Positions 23,996-25,797 of a stretch of 25,797 nucleotides of DNA are shown here, in pieces. The DNA comes from Ginkgo biloba (taxonomy: Eukaryota; Plantae; Ginkgophyta). The translations under genes and the position numbers were made by a program. Every line of letters begins with the position of its first letter. Position 1 is the first letter of the stretch. The notes beneath the pieces are model-generated. The model ran no database searches and had not been told where the DNA came from. It worked only from the letters and a program-made list of their open reading frames with translations. The DNA is taken from contig JANKJI020000004.1 in the NCBI GenBank assembly GCA_024626585.2, positions 49,468,783 through 49,494,579 on the forward strand, written 5' to 3'.

Positions 23996-25074
23996 TTNNN
24001 NNNNNNNNNNNNNNNNNNNNNNNNNNNNNNNNNNNNNNNNNNNNNNNNNNNNNNNNNNNNNNNNNNNNNNNNNNNNNNNNNNNNNNNNNNNNNNNNNNNN
24101 NNNNNNNNNNNNNNNNNNNNNNNNNNNNNNNNNNNNNNNNNNNNNNNNNNNNNNNNNNNNNNNNNNNNNNNNNNNNNNNNNNNNNNNNNNNNNNNNNNNN
24201 NNNNNNNNNNNNNNNNNNNNNNNNNNNNNNNNNNNNNNNNNNNNNNNNNNNNNNNNNNNNNNNNNNNNNNNNNNNNNNNNNNNNNNNNNNNNNNNNNNNN
24301 NNNNNNNNNNNNNNNNNNNNNNNNNNNNNNNNNNNNNNNNNNNNNNNNNNNNNNNNNNNNNNNNNNNNNNNNNNNNNNNNNNNNNNNNNNNNNNNNNNNN
24401 NNNNNNNNNNNNNNNNNNNNNNNNNNNNNNNNNNNNNNNNNNNNNNNNNNNNNNNNNNNNNNNNNNNNNNNNNNNNNNNNNNNNNNNNNNNNNNNNNNNN
24501 NNNNNNNNNNNNNNNNNNNNNNNNNNNNNNNNNNNNNNNNNNNNNNNNNNNNNNNNNNNNNNNNNNNNNNNNNNNNNNNNNNNNNNNNNNNNNNNNNNNN
24601 NNNNNNNNNNNNNNNNNNNNNNNNNNNNNNNNNNNNNNNNNNNNNNNNNNNNNNNNNNNNNNNNNNNNNNNNNNNNNNNNNNNNNNNNNNNNNNNNNNNN
24701 NNNNNNNNNNNNNNNNNNNNNNNNNNNNNNNNNNNTCATGGAATATTTTAAAACTCTCAAGACTTACCCTTTAAGGAATTGTTATCTTTAATTATTCTCC
24801 TTACATAATACTACTACTTCCTTTTTCCCTTCTTGATTTCCTTTTATAATTTTGGTTAGTAGTTATTCATATGATCACCCCCAAAATCATAATATTATAT
24901 TGTCCATTTATTTTCTTATTTTTAATTTTACCTTAGTCCCTCATTATTCTTGATTATTATTTTGGAAAGGTTGAGAGTATTTCTTAAATAAAGGTTTATT
25001 CCTTGTGTAAGGGTGTCTTGTGGATCCTATTTATCCCTTTAAATGGATATTTATTAAATTAAATTCTATATATA

Positions 25075-25740
25075 TCAATGGACTCTACTTGAAAATATAT
25101 TCTCTCAACATATTCTAGATTTTTAGGTTATTAATAGAAACATCTAATGTGAAACTTGAATCCCTTCATGAAATGGTATACTCTGTATCTTATAGGTAAA
25201 TTAAAAATTGTAGTGAGGAGAGAATTTAGTTGGTTTCTATATTATTGTACAATTATAAAATGGCTAAGGTTTTATAATTAGGTGTAAAATTCATGCATCT
25301 CATTTTGAGGGAAATATTATAACTTGAATCCCCTCATGAAATGGTATATTCTATATCTCATAGGTAAATTAAAAATTCTAGTGACGAGAGAATTAAATTA
25401 GTTTCTATATTCTTGGAAAATTCCAAAATTTATAAGGTTTCATAATTGGGTTTAACATTCATGCATATAATTTTGAGGGAAATACTTATTAATCATTACT
25501 TATTTCAACTCTTCCCATATTGAAATGGACCCTCTCATTCCATCTTCTATTTTTGTCTGTACATTGTTCCACCATTCTCTAGCACTATCTTTAAAACACA
25601 TAGAATCTAATATAACTTTATTCTCATATGAAATTCCAAATGCATGTAAGAAAAGTTCCATAGATATTACCCATGCTCAGAAGGAAGTCCCTAATGTTGT
25701 ACCATAAAATTCTGGGATCTTCATATTCTTGAATTGCCAT
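25075..25740 (-). pseudogene. gag: gag remnant, element D
   Basis: FKNMKIPEFYGTTLGTSF*AWVISMELFLHAFGISYENKVILDSMCFKDSAREWWNN...ISIWEELK*VMINKYFPQNY...YRN*FNSLVTRIFNLPMRYRIYHFMRGFK is a typical chromoviral gag (P.F.G, AW...ME, A..WW, WEE.K.....Y.P, F..GL). Confidence 0.85.
25153..25489. repeat. 168-bp tandem duplication inside gag
   Basis: AACTTGAATCCC(T/C)TCATGAAATGGTATA starts at 25153 and at 25321, and both units end in TTTTGAGGGAAATA. There are many substitutions between the copies. Confidence 0.95.
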
Positions 25741-25797
25741 AAGTTCTAAAGTAATTTTGAATCCTTCTTTGATTGCTTGCTTTTAGGTTCTCTCTTA

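Larger units (their letters stand above)
21085..25797 (-). mobile_element. Decayed chromovirus-like Ty3/gypsy retrotransposon (element D), running off the window edge
   Basis: Colinear gag, Zn knuckle (YYDFGGDHMNNY*P, ~24894-24853), RT, RNase H and HHCC integrase in gypsy order. The protease and integrase core would fall in the two large N gaps, whose sizes are compatible with this. Confidence 0.9.

Noticed and set aside
23933-24774. ORFs of 260-275 aa
   Set aside because: They span an N gap. The real part (KKYVSMRVCV) is the start of the RT remnant.
1-25797. Prokaryotic or phage defence system, or fungal RIP-mutated region
   Set aside because: There are no intact operon-like ORFs. The recognisable domains, especially the Tat-type additional RNase H, point to plant retrotransposons.

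Overview
This is an AT-rich, strongly CpG-depleted eukaryotic window broken by many N gaps, with no intact host gene, RNA gene or prokaryotic system. It reads as nested, heavily decayed plant transposable elements; a large, methylated genome such as a gymnosperm is inferred from the element types and mutation spectrum. All protein calls come from manual translation across stops and frameshifts, and coordinates are approximate. From left to right: (A) a + strand Tat-clade Ty3/gypsy relic with gag, Zn knuckle, protease and additional RNase H (~0.6-3.1 kb). Next is a Helitron-like region with a ~612-bp diverged direct repeat, a hairpin-CTAG|T 3' end at 7201-7224 and possible RepHel remnants downstream. 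(B) A - strand Tat-clade relic has gag, protease, additional RNase H and integrase but no reverse transcriptase (~11.2-14.2 kb). (C) A - strand integrase is followed by a ~3-kb extra ORF relic of unknown function (~14.7-18.9 kb). A tRNA-iMet-like PBS and a possible L1 LINE fragment lie at ~19.1-20.3 kb. (D) A - strand chromovirus-like Ty3/gypsy relic has gag with a 168-bp tandem duplication, RT, RNase H, integrase and a possible chromodomain (~21.1-25.8 kb). Most ORFs in the supplied track are antisense shadows or artefacts of N runs.
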